64,000 nt of DNA from Diplonema japonicum (Eukaryota > Protista > Euglenozoa: Diplonemea). Position 1 is the stretch's first letter. Each line of letters starts with the position of its first letter. Location: NCBI GenBank assembly GCA_964019335.1, contig OZ025726.1, positions 62,001 through 126,000 on the forward strand. Direction: 5' to 3'. Below are positions 21,135 to 32,389 of this stretch, piece by piece. The notes beneath the pieces were generated by a model. The model saw only the letters and a program-made list of their open reading frames with translations. It was not told the origin of the DNA and did not search any database. The translations under genes and the position numbers were made by a program.

Positions 21135-22703
21135 CTACTGCAGACCGTGGTCCACAAGCAGCATTTTCTTGAAATCAAGATCGCGAACAAAAAACCTCTG
21201 ATTGATGGACTCAGGCAGAGGGTAGGGGCCGTCTCCTTCCGCAGACGGGACCGCATCCCATACAGCGCCGATGGGTGCCACAGGGAGGGACACAGGTTGT
21301 GTGGAGGGGAGGGATTTCTTCTTAAGGGGCGGCTTGAGGGCTGCAGCCCACTTAGTATCTGTAGGAAGGGCAGTCTGAGGGCCCAGCTCCCCCTTTGGTT
21401 TTGAGAACTTGTTAGTGCCCCACAACGCGATGAGGAGGGTCAAGCGCTGCACAGGAGTGTCGAGTGTGCTACAAGCTGTGTTTGCTTAATAGGTTTAAGT
21501 GCGCCTCATACCTGGAAGAACCCCGTGCAGCCTGTTGCCAGGGAAATACAGCACAGCACCGTCTTTGGGATGTGCAGCCCACCCACCTGTCTTACCCGCC
21601 ACTTTCTCGGTGTCCTCTACCTTCTGGTCCACCACAACAGTGACGCCACCTGTTTCCGCACCAGTAAGGTACACCACTACGCTCTTCAGGGGGTGGATGA
21701 TCTCCCCTGTGGCCTCAAGAGTCTTTTCCTCCATGTCGAAGTGCATCTGGTGCCCGATGTCCCTCCCCACAAGGCGTGTATGCGCCCACCACTCTGTGGC
21801 ACGCACTTGTTCCCTGATGCCCGAGTTCTTGATGGCCAACTGGATGAGCTGTTCAACGACGTTACAAGGCGGCACCGTGGGGCTGTAGAAGAAGCTGAAA
21901 TACCCACGCGCCGAGTACCCTGTCTCTGCCCAGTACGGCGATGAGGGGGAGAAGGCCTTGGTAAGCCGCGACAGAAGCGCAGGAGGGATCATATCTTGAT
22001 ACAAAGCAACAGGAGGAGAGGACGACGGGTGCCCGGTGGGGGGTTTAGAACGAGTGTGCGACCAGACAGCAGGGGACAGGGCATAACGGACTCCAAAAAG
22101 CTGGAGAATATCACTACGCTCGGTGCTCTTAACACCTAGCTGCGAGTACAAAAGAGCAAGGTGGTAGAGCGCAATGGGACGGCACGTGTTATACATGCCA
22201 AGGACCCATGTCTCCGCCCACGGCTGAGAGGTGATGGTAGCAGGCGGGGTACGTGTTGCATGCAAATAGCACACCATAGCTGCTTGGACATCGTTGGCAT
22301 CTCTGCACATCCCTGCGAGGCTGAGCCACCCGTTGTAGCAGGAGGAAAATGTCTTCGTTGCCCTTTCAAAATACTCCTTAGCTGATGCGGAAGACGAGCT
22401 GGTAAGCTTCTCCTGTCCAGCCTCCGCCAAGGCCTCGTCCATGTGTATTTCTCCCAGGCTGTTCAGCACACTGCTTATCAGAATCTCACGGGGTGGTACT
22501 GTGCCGCTTACTTCTCCATAGGTGCATCCTTCGGGGAGCATGTCCATGCATTCTATGAACTTTTCCTTTGCTTCTTCTACTTCACCTGCCTCTAAGGCAT
22601 CTTGGGCATCAAAGAAGATGTCAACAGCCTCCTCACCTTTACTTAATACCCTTCGTTTTCTTTTTACTACTCTTCTGACCACCCGACGGACCTTTTTGGC
22701 CAT
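21135..22703 (-). CDS. TPR-containing 2-oxoglutarate/Fe(II)-dependent oxygenase (2 exons)
   Basis: TPR-like helices at the N-terminus, then EWWAH..HQMHFD..VVVYL..GG.T..LYFPGNRLHGV. Intron 21476-21511 (36 nt) joins the exon carrying the 2OG-binding RLTLL motif (ORF 21135..21452). The start could also be the in-frame ATG at 22733. Confidence 0.8.
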
Positions 22704-24136
22704 TTCTTCTTCTTTTTTTTCCCTTATCGGCATGGAGAAAGGGAGTTTTTAGAAACAGAAAAAAAGAAGGAAAAAAATACGTTTTCTTTTTTTTTTAAAA
22801 AAAGAGGGAAAAAGAAAAGAGAAACAAAAAAAAAAAGAGGCGGGGTGAAGGAGATTTGTTGTTTAGTGGAGAACAGATATGGGGGGGAAATGAAAAAAAA
22901 TGAATATAAAACTTGTTTTTCAATTTTAGTTTCATTTTCTTCTTCCTTCTCTTCTCTGCAACGAGGAGATAAAAAAAAAAAAAAAAAAAGCAGTCTTGTA
23001 AAGGGGGAGAGAATTAAGAGGTGGGGGGAATAAATACCAGAAGCAACGTTGATGGGATGGAGCATGGTGTGTGCATTGTGTGAAGGAGAATAAAAAAGAG
23101 GGGTAAAAAAATGGGGCTTTAATTGCAACACTAGGTGGCGTTAAGCGTGCAATGAAGCACGAACTACCTACTTGATTACAGGGGGCGCTCCTCGGCCGAG
23201 CAGTAGCTTCTTCTGCGTTCCGCGTCGTGTCCTTAATGCGTGCGGTGTGCTCAACCCTAGCCGGGGCGTCCCGGGTAACCAAGATTCTGCGCTCGTGCAG
23301 TTTGCTGCATGTTCGTCACCCTGAGCATCTGCGTTACGTTCTTCCACTCGGGCGCTACCGGTGATGACCGACGAGGAGGTCAACAGCGAACAACACATCT
23401 GATGTACTTCTTATATTTCCATGTTATCCCCACCACCTTAAACAAAAAATTTTATTTTGTTCTTGTGTTTTTTGTTTTGTTTCGGGAGAAGGGGGGAAAT
23501 ATTCCCCGTCCTACTCATTCACGTCCCACGCTATTTTTTTTTTTTTTTTTTTTTTTTTTTAGTAACCGGCTTCTAACAGACTATTTTCATATTCAGTGCT
23601 GTTTTCCAAAAGGTAAGGAAAGTAAGGGGGAAAAAAAAAGCAAAAAAAAAAGGGGGGGAATATTAAGAATTTAAAAAGGGAAAGCTTCTGAGGTTGGCGC
23701 ACTTTTCTTTGAAGTAAAGAGATACGGGGATAAAAAAAAAAAAGAAAAGAACAATGATTCAAAATGCAAATAAAGAAAAAGAAAAAGAAGAAAAAGAAGA
23801 AGAAGAAAAGAGGGGAATAAAATAAAAATAATAATTAAAAAAAAAAAAAAAAACGGTTTCTGCATCACGCCAGTTCACTCCCATCGGTAGCATATCATAA
23901 TCAGTTTGTTTCTCTTTCTTTCTTTCTTCATTCCCCTTCGAGAAGAAAAAAGAAAGAAAAAAAAAACGGGAACGAAAGAAAAGAGTAAACGAAAAAAAAA
24001 AAAAAGAAAAGACGAATTCAAATCTTTTTTCTCTCTTTTTTACACAGGAATAGGCTCTGATGACACATAACTCATTTTTTTTCCCCCCCTCTTTTTTTCC
24101 CACTTCTTTCTTTGGAGATAATCAAGAAAAAAAGAA

Positions 24137-24171
<35 letters not shown>

Positions 24172-24199
24172 AAGACTGCATCGTTGGCTAACCTCACGC

Positions 24200-24682
24200 T
24201 CAATTCATCAGAGGGGGCATCTTGAAGCCACCCTCCGAGGTAAGAGAGACAGACACCTTGTCGAAGAAGTCCCAAGATTCCTGCCCACCAATTGTGTGCG
24301 AAGCACGGAGAACCTGGCACCACGAGCAAGGGCCGCAGCACCAGGACATCAGGCAATCACCAAGGAATCCGTCCTTAGGGCCACCACCCACCATACCAGC
24401 CTTCTTCCTGACGGAGTACCTGGTGGAGCACGAAGTGCACGGGCCACAGAACATCATGGGCAGACAGTGGTTAACAATACCACAGTTTTGGTCCATGCTC
24501 CAGGAGTACAACTTGTTCCCGTTGCAGAACCCGCAGCAGCACCACGTGGCGCAGCAGTATCCACTGCAGCACGGGCTGCATCCGCAAATGTCGCTGCACT
24601 TTCCTCCCCTCTCACCCCAGTCGCACTGGTTGTGGAACACACCACCCTCCCCAGACGAGTCGGTAAGTTTCTCGTTAGACAT
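24200..24682 (-). CDS. PLAC8-family Cys-rich protein, intronless paralog C
   Basis: 160-aa ORF with CCSGYCCATWCCCGFC..RYSVRKKAG..GDCLMSWCCGPCSWCQ; clearly homologous to copies A and B. Confidence 0.85.
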   Translation of the reverse strand: MSNEKLTDSSGEGGVFHNQCDWGERGGKCSDICGCSPCCSGYCCATWCCCGFCNGNKLYSWSMDQNCGIVNHCLPMMFCGPCTSCSTRYSVRKKAGMVGGGPKDGFLGDCLMSWCCGPCSWCQVLRASHTIGGQESWDFFDKVSVSLTSEGGFKMPPLMN

Positions 24683-24805
24683 ATTTTTTAGTAGTAAAGT
24701 GAGAACAGCTGTGTGGGTTCAATGAAATAAAAAGAAAAAAAAAATAATAGCAATAATAAAAAAAAAAAAAAAAAAAAAAAGGCAGCACACCCACGTAAGT
24801 GGCTG

Positions 24806-26908
24806 TTATTGCAAAGGTAGTGGTTCCTTGTCAGCCTCCTGAGTAAGCTGCTCAACATCACGTTCAGTCAGCATTTTAGCCTCCTGCGAGACCACCTCGT
24901 AGAGGGTGTCGTTCTTCAACAAGATCTTGGCCCGCCGCCACACGTGGCGTTGACGCACGTGGACAAGGAAGTCCGGAACCTTGCACGCGGGAAGGGACGT
25001 GCCCCCTTGTGGGAGGCAGTGTTCGAAGGCATTTATGAAGATCCTCTGCAGTGTGTCTTTGCATTGCGAGGGGTCGATGGACAAGGTAGCGGCCACTACA
25101 TCATCTACAGTGATGTCCGTGTGATGCTTCATGAAGTCGCGGACGCCCTCCTCAATCTGCATCTCGAAGAGCCGTACTTCCTGCACAAACTGCACCTTGA
25201 CCAGTTCCATCACCCCGTCACACTTTTTTAACCATTCCCCCAGTAATGGGGGGACCCCTTCCACGCAGATGTTCATGAAGACCGCTGCTGCAGCGTCGAT
25301 CGTTTTTGTGGGAAATGTCTCGCTGATGACACGCGCGATGTCCTTGTTGCCTGCGTTTGGTGTTGCTGCCAACTGCCGCAGTGCTGTCTTGAATCGATTT
25401 ACCTCATTGTCCATGGAGTACCAGGCGTCGGGGCACATGTCCCCTGCCAGTACCAAGCACGTCACCTCGCAGTCGGCGTAGTACTGGTACCGCTTCATGT
25501 ACATGTGGAGGTTCACCAAGTGTGAGTGCGCCGCCCGTTGCGTCACCCCCTCGCCTTGTGTGACATACCTCACAAACCGTTCCTCGAAGTTACAGGATGT
25601 CGCCTCTGCCTTCTGCTTGTTATCCAACCAAAATTTCCTCAGCTCCACCAACACCTTAACACCCAACCCTTCGTTGTTTACTAAATTGGTCGAATCAGAC
25701 CTTAAAAACAGTGGGACGTCTGCTGCGCTGCCGAATGGCAAGAATGGGCTGAGCTGGAGAGACTTGCGCGGTTCGTCTTCCCCTGAAAGTCTGTTCTCAA
25801 AGCTAGCGAGCTGTTTATGCATTGTGAAGAGGTGCTGTTTGTAGGCCCGTTTGTTGGATTTCAGATCCTCCTTAAGGGCGACGTTCTCCATCTTGAGCTT
25901 CGACTTCTTCGTCGTCTCCACCTGCTGCACAGATTGTTGTTGTTCCATCTCTAGCGTGCGGTAGGCAGCAGCTACCTCGTTCAGCTCCTCTTCGTATTGT
26001 CGGCGCTGTGTTTCGGAAGTTGCGAGCATTTCTTTAAGCTTGTGCACGGTTTCTTCTAAGTGCTTGACTCGACCGTTCGTGTGGGTGGATTTTATTTTTT
26101 TTGACTTCAGAGAGACTATGGTCCGCAGTGCAGTGACGAGGCTGCGTGAGAGATGCACGATGAAGGTGTCGACACTCTTCGAGGAGTCCAGCCCGAAGTG
26201 GTTCTCCGTGGTGTCCTTCACAGATGATGCAAGGGCGTCGTTACGCTCGATGAGCTGTCTGTTCTCCCATTCGACAGACGTGAGCTTCGCTTGCAGCTCG
26301 TCGATGTGCTGCTGCAAACGGGTCACCTCCACAGACAGCAGGTTGTCGATTCTTGTTTTCTGCACGTTCTTCAACACGATGGCCATTTGCTGCTTGTACT
26401 TCTGTTCCACTTCCATCAGTTTTGTCTCCTTCGTCATCTCCAGGTCTGCCACCTTCTCCTCCAGTGTTCTTACCGTTTCGGACTGTTTTGTCGCGGTTGC
26501 GAAGTAAGCGTCCAACTCCTTGACGATGACGCCCATCACACCTGAGTAGGTGCGGATGCCGTCTCGCAAGATGCAGAGGGCGTTTCGGAACACCATGTAC
26601 CTCCCCCTGCTTCCTTCGGGTAGGATCTGCCCAGGGCCGTCTACCTCCATTTCTTCTTTTATATACGCCTCGACAACTTGCAGCAGCTCCGCCTTCTGCC
26701 CGTTGTGTGCAGGGAACTTTGCAACGTTGGACTGCCGTGCCCTGTTCGGGAGGGGCGGGGTCGGCCTGCGTACCTTGACATCGTACTGTGCTAAACACTT
26801 GTGCCGCACCATCTTCTTCGCGGGCCCGACCTCAGGCAGGACATGCTCCTCCTGCAACGGTGTTAACTGCGGCCGTCTTATGGGATGCGTTCCATATATT
26901 TTCGCCAT
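24806..26908 (-). CDS. TSNAXIP1 (translin-associated factor X-interacting protein 1)-like coiled-coil protein
   Basis: Likely start MAKIYG at 26908. RYMVFRNALCILRDGIRTYSGVMGVIVKELDAY resembles the TSNAXIP1 N-terminal domain and is followed by long coiled coils. Confidence 0.6.
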   Translation of the reverse strand: MAKIYGTHPIRRPQLTPLQEEHVLPEVGPAKKMVRHKCLAQYDVKVRRPTPPLPNRARQSNVAKFPAHNGQKAELLQVVEAYIKEEMEVDGPGQILPEGSRGRYMVFRNALCILRDGIRTYSGVMGVIVKELDAYFATATKQSETVRTLEEKVADLEMTKETKLMEVEQKYKQQMAIVLKNVQKTRIDNLLSVEVTRLQQHIDELQAKLTSVEWENRQLIERNDALASSVKDTTENHFGLDSSKSVDTFIVHLSRSLVTALRTIVSLKSKKIKSTHTNGRVKHLEETVHKLKEMLATSETQRRQYEEELNEVAAAYRTLEMEQQQSVQQVETTKKSKLKMENVALKEDLKSNKRAYKQHLFTMHKQLASFENRLSGEDEPRKSLQLSPFLPFGSAADVPLFLRSDSTNLVNNEGLGVKVLVELRKFWLDNKQKAEATSCNFEERFVRYVTQGEGVTQRAAHSHLVNLHMYMKRYQYYADCEVTCLVLAGDMCPDAWYSMDNEVNRFKTALRQLAATPNAGNKDIARVISETFPTKTIDAAAAVFMNICVEGVPPLLGEWLKKCDGVMELVKVQFVQEVRLFEMQIEEGVRDFMKHHTDITVDDVVAATLSIDPSQCKDTLQRIFINAFEHCLPQGGTSLPACKVPDFLVHVRQRHVWRRAKILLKNDTLYEVVSQEAKMLTERDVEQLTQEADKEPLPLQ

Positions 26909-27350
26909 CCGTCCTGCCGTCCTAGTGGGTTGTGAGATGTGAAAAAAAAGGAAGGCTGCAACGGGGAATACTGATCGGTTGACCCACAAGGCCTGAACGG
27001 AACAGATAAAAAGGCTGATGGAGGGGGGGGGAGAAAAAAAGAATGGAGGAGAGGAGGGTGAGCTAGCACACAGCTAAAAAAAAAAAAAAAAAAAGTAAAT
27101 AAAGGAAGAAAAATAATAATAATAATAATAAAAAAGAATGAGAATACACAAAGAACTGGAAGGGCAGAACGGCCTTTATACAACAGAAAACTTCCCTCCT
27201 TGGTCTGGGGGGTAAACAAAAAAGCAAAAGCAAACACGTAAAGCACAAAGGGCATCTTCTATTATGCAAAAAAAAAAAAAAAAAAAAAACTCAAATTAAC
27301 ATGCAAACCCCTAAAGCAAAGGCCGCATGCCCTAAAAAGGGAGGGATTAT

Positions 27351-27396
<46 letters not shown>

Positions 27397-27660
27397 AGGT
27401 GCAGGGACCGCCCTGTAACTCAAAGATAATCCCACTTGAGGACCTCCTAACAAAGAAAAAAAAAAAAAAAAGAAAGGATGAGAAAAAGAAGAAGAAGGGG
27501 GAGGGTGTACAGGCTACTCCACGCGGGCGCTGCCCATGTTGGGTGGTCAACTGATTTGTAACAAAAAGAATCCATCCGACCAAAGGGGGGGGTAGGGGGG
27601 TCACATGGGGGTGGTAAAGTGGGTTTTTTCAAATTCGGAAATGCAGAACACTGGAGCCGC

Positions 27661-27830
27661 TTAAATTTGGGGACACACGTCGCTACTCCTTGGCCTTTTG
27701 TTTGGAACATGTGGGCGCGGAGTCTGCTGGTTGACGCTACTGAAGACCATATCACAGAAGCGACATTTTACTGTCTTCTTCTTCCCATCCTCCGCCTGAA
27801 CCTCCACCCCATCCCACAAGCGCCTCCCAG
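27661..27830 (-). pseudogene. BED zinc-finger fragment, probable hAT-type transposase relic
   Basis: LWDGVEVQAEDGKKKTVKCRFCDMVFSSVNQQTPRPHVPNKRPRSSDVCP has the W..CxxC..H..C pattern of BED fingers. It stops immediately afterwards and no catalytic domain follows. Confidence 0.5.
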
Positions 27831-28210
27831 GGGGTGCTTTCTCTGGACCATGTTTACTTTCGTTTTTGTAGAGACCGACGTGCGCTTTCCTTGTAAAACC
27901 CCAAAAGTAAGTATCTTCAAAAACCCCAAATAAATAAGGACCTTCTAAACAGTGTTTACCGAAATATACATAGCCGTTTCCATGAGAATTTTGAAAACAT
28001 GGAAACGTTTCCACGTTTCCTGCCAGCATAGCCCTAGGGGGGGGGAGGTTGTAACTGCAACAAGTACTTTTGAAATACCGCAATAAGTAGAAGCAGCTAC
28101 CGTGAATCTTTTAAGCTTCGATTGCGACACTATTTCACATAAAAGTGGGCAACATAGGAACAAGAACAAAAAAAAAAAAAAAAAGAAAAAAGAAAAAAAG
28201 AACAAAAGTC

Positions 28211-29914
28211 TCATGTTCTGACGTAAGGATCTTCGCAAAACTGCAAACCTTCAAAAAGATCGCTGTTGTTGCTGTTGTTGGTTGAACCGTTTGGCTGCAA
28301 GGGGTGTCCTCGCTTCGGGTCCTTCTTCTTTCGGAAGCCTCCCTTCGGGCGCGGGCCTTGCGGGGGTTTTGGCGGGGCTAAACTGAGGCCAGAAAATATT
28401 GACTCTGTGTCTTGCGGATAGCTGAGCTGCTCTGCGGCTGACACCAGTTCTTCATCGTCATCCTCTGCCGGAGCCCTCGAAGCTTCTAAGAACGACGAAG
28501 ACAGGTTTCCTCGCATTTTGTTTTTTAGACCATAAACGTGCACCGCACCCAAAAGTCTTGTCTCCGGGAGCTTTGCATAAACCCCCACAACTGCCAACCC
28601 TGCGATGAATGACAGCAGCCAGTATCTCAACCCGGACCCGTCGGCACCTGAGCATTTTACCAACTCTACCAACACCACTCCCATCCAATAACCTGCGGTC
28701 AGTGCGCCCATTCCGACCTCTCTGAACCTCACAGAGTGCACTTCAGTGTTGTACACCCATGGGATCCCCGCCATCCCGACACCATAGAAGACAAAGTACA
28801 CCATTAGGCAAACGATGGTCAAAAACTGGAAGTCGTTTCTGATTAGGAGCCCTACAAGTCCGAGACACACGCTGATGCCAGTCAAGGACACGATGAGGAG
28901 CAGCCGCCTGTTGAACAGGTGCACCGTAAAGATCAAAACCACTAACCCGAAGAGCACAACGCTGTCGATTGCCGCATGAGAGAGGCCCTCTCCCAAGATA
29001 GTGGTGTTGTTGCCGCTTGTGAACTGGTTTTGGATGAAGTGCGACGTGACGTGCTGGCTGCCGCTGCAGGCGGGGTCCAGCATGTGCGGACCCAGCAGCT
29101 GGTTTAAAATCTGAAGAACGACGCCCGACAACGCGGCTGTGCGGTGCTTCGTTAACAATTTCTTGTAATGCCCGCCGTGTCCCCTTGTATCCTGCAGAAC
29201 TTGGTGCATCTCGGTGACGACACGTTCGGACCCGTTGTAGAGCTTCTCAGCAACCTGCCTGGCTGCCGCGAGCTTTCCTTTCTTGACAAGTGCCAAGGGC
29301 GTCTCAGGAATGTTCAAAAGCATCAGAAACTGAACACACGCTGGGAAGACGATAAGCCCCAACATCCACCGCCAGCCGTCGCTGTCGTTGACATCAGTGA
29401 AGTTCAAGGAAATAAGGGACGCCACGATCCTGCCCAGACACACCATGGCGATGAAGATGATGACGAAGGTTCCTTTCCGTCCTTCAGGAGACACCTCGGA
29501 GAGGTACATCGGAGCCACAGTGCTGGAGAAACCCAATCCGAGCCCTGTGAACAGCTTGCCCAGTATCAGCGTCTCGAGGTTCCTGCTCCCCGTGCACATG
29601 ACCTCGCCGACAATGAACAGCGCAGTCGCTATCACAGCAACACCCTTCCTGCCGAGCTTGGTTAGCAAACCTGCTGTCAAGGAACCGATGCTGGCAGAAA
29701 CAAAGCAGACGTACGTGATGGCTTCCACCTGAGACGACGTAAGGTGGTTCCCTTGGAAAGCAATGTGGTCGCTGTGGTGCAGTACAATCCCGTTGTTCTT
29801 TGCTGTGTACATACATAGATGCGTCGAATATCCTGAAGACGTACCCCATGACAAAGCCATTGAAGGCCATGGTGAGTAGAACGAAAACAAGGTGTGCGGT
29901 CATAAGACCCTGGA

Positions 29915-29948
<34 letters not shown>

Positions 29949-30374
29949 TTTTGCTGCGAACCATACCTCGTTGGCTAAGGAGGCCGCAAGGCCGCGGAAG
30001 CTTGAAGTTGAGAGTTGTGAACGGAAGGAGTGGGTCAGTGCGACAGGGACGCAGGGGGACTTCTGTCCCTTGGAAGTCGAGAGCTCTCCGCCTTCTTCCT
30101 GTTCAGATGCCGCGTCCACCTGTATCTCTGTAACCAGCCCCGTCAGCACCTCGCGCGGGAAGTAGATCTCGTCGCATTCGTCTCGTAGTTGTACAGCCAC
30201 CGTCCCATCGCTGTCGGTGCGTATCACTACGCCCTCCTTGCCCACTGTTTCCTCGTACACGTCTTCATCCCACTCCAGCTCTCCGTTCACCTCGATGTGG
30301 TGTTTCAGCTTTTTCACATCCTCCTCCACCACCACCACCTCCCCGTCTGTAAGAGCGCTCATCTCGTTTCCCAT
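28211..30374 (-). CDS. MFS sugar/inositol porter with an N-terminal Mind-bomb SH3-repeat-like domain (3 exons)
   Basis: Introns 29910-29966 (57 nt, poly-A) and 29772-29814 (43 nt; best of three possible boundary choices). Sugar-porter signatures LGRK, PMYLSEVSP..RKG, WRWMLG, PETP, GIPWVYNTE, LPETR. Confidence 0.85.
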
Positions 30375-30432
30375 TATTATTACTTTTTTTTTTTTGTTGT
30401 GAGAGAACAAGATGCAAATTCAAGAATAAAAC

Positions 30433-31345
30433 TTAGTCCTCCAGAAGCGACATCCTTTCCTGCCCAATGGCCCTCCGCATGCTGCTCTCGGAGTCGAACT
30501 TTGCCGCCTCCGTAGTGCTGTAGCGTTCCGGTTCCCTGTTCACTGTGCTGACATCGGTGGCCTCCGTGCTCCGCCGGGAGTCCCCCCGCGAACCAGTGGT
30601 CTTGAAGGGTCGGCCTCTGGGACAATTCCCATTTCTATGTTTTTTTTTTTTTTTTTTTGTTTTACGTATCATACCTGCATGGCCAAGGCCCGTTGCACGC
30701 GGAGCAGGTGTTGGAGTTGGTGTCTCTGCCACCATCGCTTCGTCCTTTTGAACAGTCCATGTTCCGGCAAGGCCAGGGTCCCCTGCAAGCAGAGCAAGAG
30801 TCGCCCTTTCCTCCTTTGCCCCCCTTGCGCTTATCATCTTTCTTGAGAACATCAGTCCATGACTTCGATGTGTTAGTGTCGGTAGAGTCCCGAGCGATGT
30901 CGAGCTCCATCTTCGTCTCACGGTCGAAGTTCTTCGCGAAGCCCCACTTGTAGCTGGTTCTGCAACGTGAGTCTATCCCTGTCGCTGCGACCCCTGTGTA
31001 CAATGCAGAGGGGAGCTTTCCTGTGTTCCAAGCAAGGGCGAACTTGCAGAAAGCTTCTGTCGCGCTTTCGGTTGACTTGAAATCGTCCAACTTCTTCTTC
31101 TTCAGACCCAGCCACACCGAGAACTCCGATTGCTTCATAAAATAGTCATCTTTCGTTAAGATAACGCCGTTCGGCGCCGCGCCTTTTCTCTCCCTCTTCA
31201 TCTCGAACAGCTTCTCTACAAGTTTCTCATGTTTCGTCAGTTTTACTTTTTTTATCTTTTTCGACTTCTTACGCTTCCTGTCCGAGCTGTCTGTGCTCGA
31301 ACTGCTGGAACTGCTGCTGGTGCTTCTTGCTCTCTTTCTCCCCAT
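30433..31345 (-). CDS. SCI1 (style cell-cycle inhibitor 1)-like nuclear protein with two Cys4 motifs (2 exons)
   Basis: Ser/Lys-rich N-terminus, then LTKDDYFMKQSEFSVWL..FCKFALAWNTGKLPSALYTG..RTSYKWGF. Removing intron 30635-30674 (40 nt, poly-A) completes the second CSACxGPWPCRNxxC repeat. Confidence 0.7.
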
Positions 31346-31497
31346 TTTTTTTTTCCCAACCCCCTTTCTTTTTTTTTTTCTCTTCTGCTTGATTTTCACA
31401 CTAAAAAAAAAAAAAAAAATACATAAAGTAGACCGACACACACTTTTGTTCTTCCTCGTCTTTTTTTTTTTTTTTTTTTTAAATACATTTTCTTTTT

Positions 31498-31693
31498 TTA
31501 CTGTTGCTTCTTTCCCTTTTTTTTTTTGCTCTTGCCCTTTTCGCCGCCGCCCTTGTCACCGCCGCCGCTTTTGCCCATTTTACTCGCGGCCTCGAGGCGT
31601 TGTGATTTCACCCCTTCCCACATGGTCTCCACGTGAGTCTGGGTGAGATACTGGGAGTGGAAGAGATCGACATCGTATGCAAGATCGGAAGGG

Positions 31694-31728
<35 letters not shown>

Positions 31729-32353
31729 CCCATCCACCCTAACATACTAGAAAGCAGTTCGTCGTGACTGCCGGCTTGCATATCTTTGACCTCCTTCACG
31801 AAGAAGGTGTTGGTGAGGGTTTTGAGCGATTCGTTGTTGAGAAAGGCGTTGGTAGCAGGCCGTGCCACCAGCATGGGCTGCCTCACGCTTGGCAGTTCGC
31901 CGAACGGCACAGTCCAACTCTCCTTCACAAGCGACTGGAAGAGCTCAACATCCCCATCCAGCGGAGGCTTTGGAAGGTCGGTGGCGGAGAGGGTCTGCAG
32001 CTCTTCTTTAAGATCAGCAATTTCTTCATCCGTGATATTAACATCCCTTTCAGATTCGAGGAGCCGGTTTCGTATATGAGTCAACCGTTCTTCCCGTGGC
32101 GTTGCTATGGGGGTGTCGATGATAACCAAGCTGCCTACCCGCAGGGGGTGATGTCTGCCGAGATACACAGCAAGCAGCGCACCCACAGAATGGCCAACTA
32201 CGTGCACCCATGGGCTTCCTAGAACATTGATGTACTTTAAAACCAGGTCTGCTTGCCGTTCCAACCAGTCTGCATTTGCTTCTATTTGTGGGAGTTCTAT
32301 CGCTGCGCAGCCAGCTGGGTTGTCCATGTTTTTGCATAATCTGTTGGGATGGT

Positions 32354-32389
<36 letters not shown>

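Noticed and set aside
23168-23398. 76-codon GC-richer ORF in the gap upstream of the oxygenase gene
   Set aside because: No motifs or splice partners found; likely UTR or intergenic sequence.
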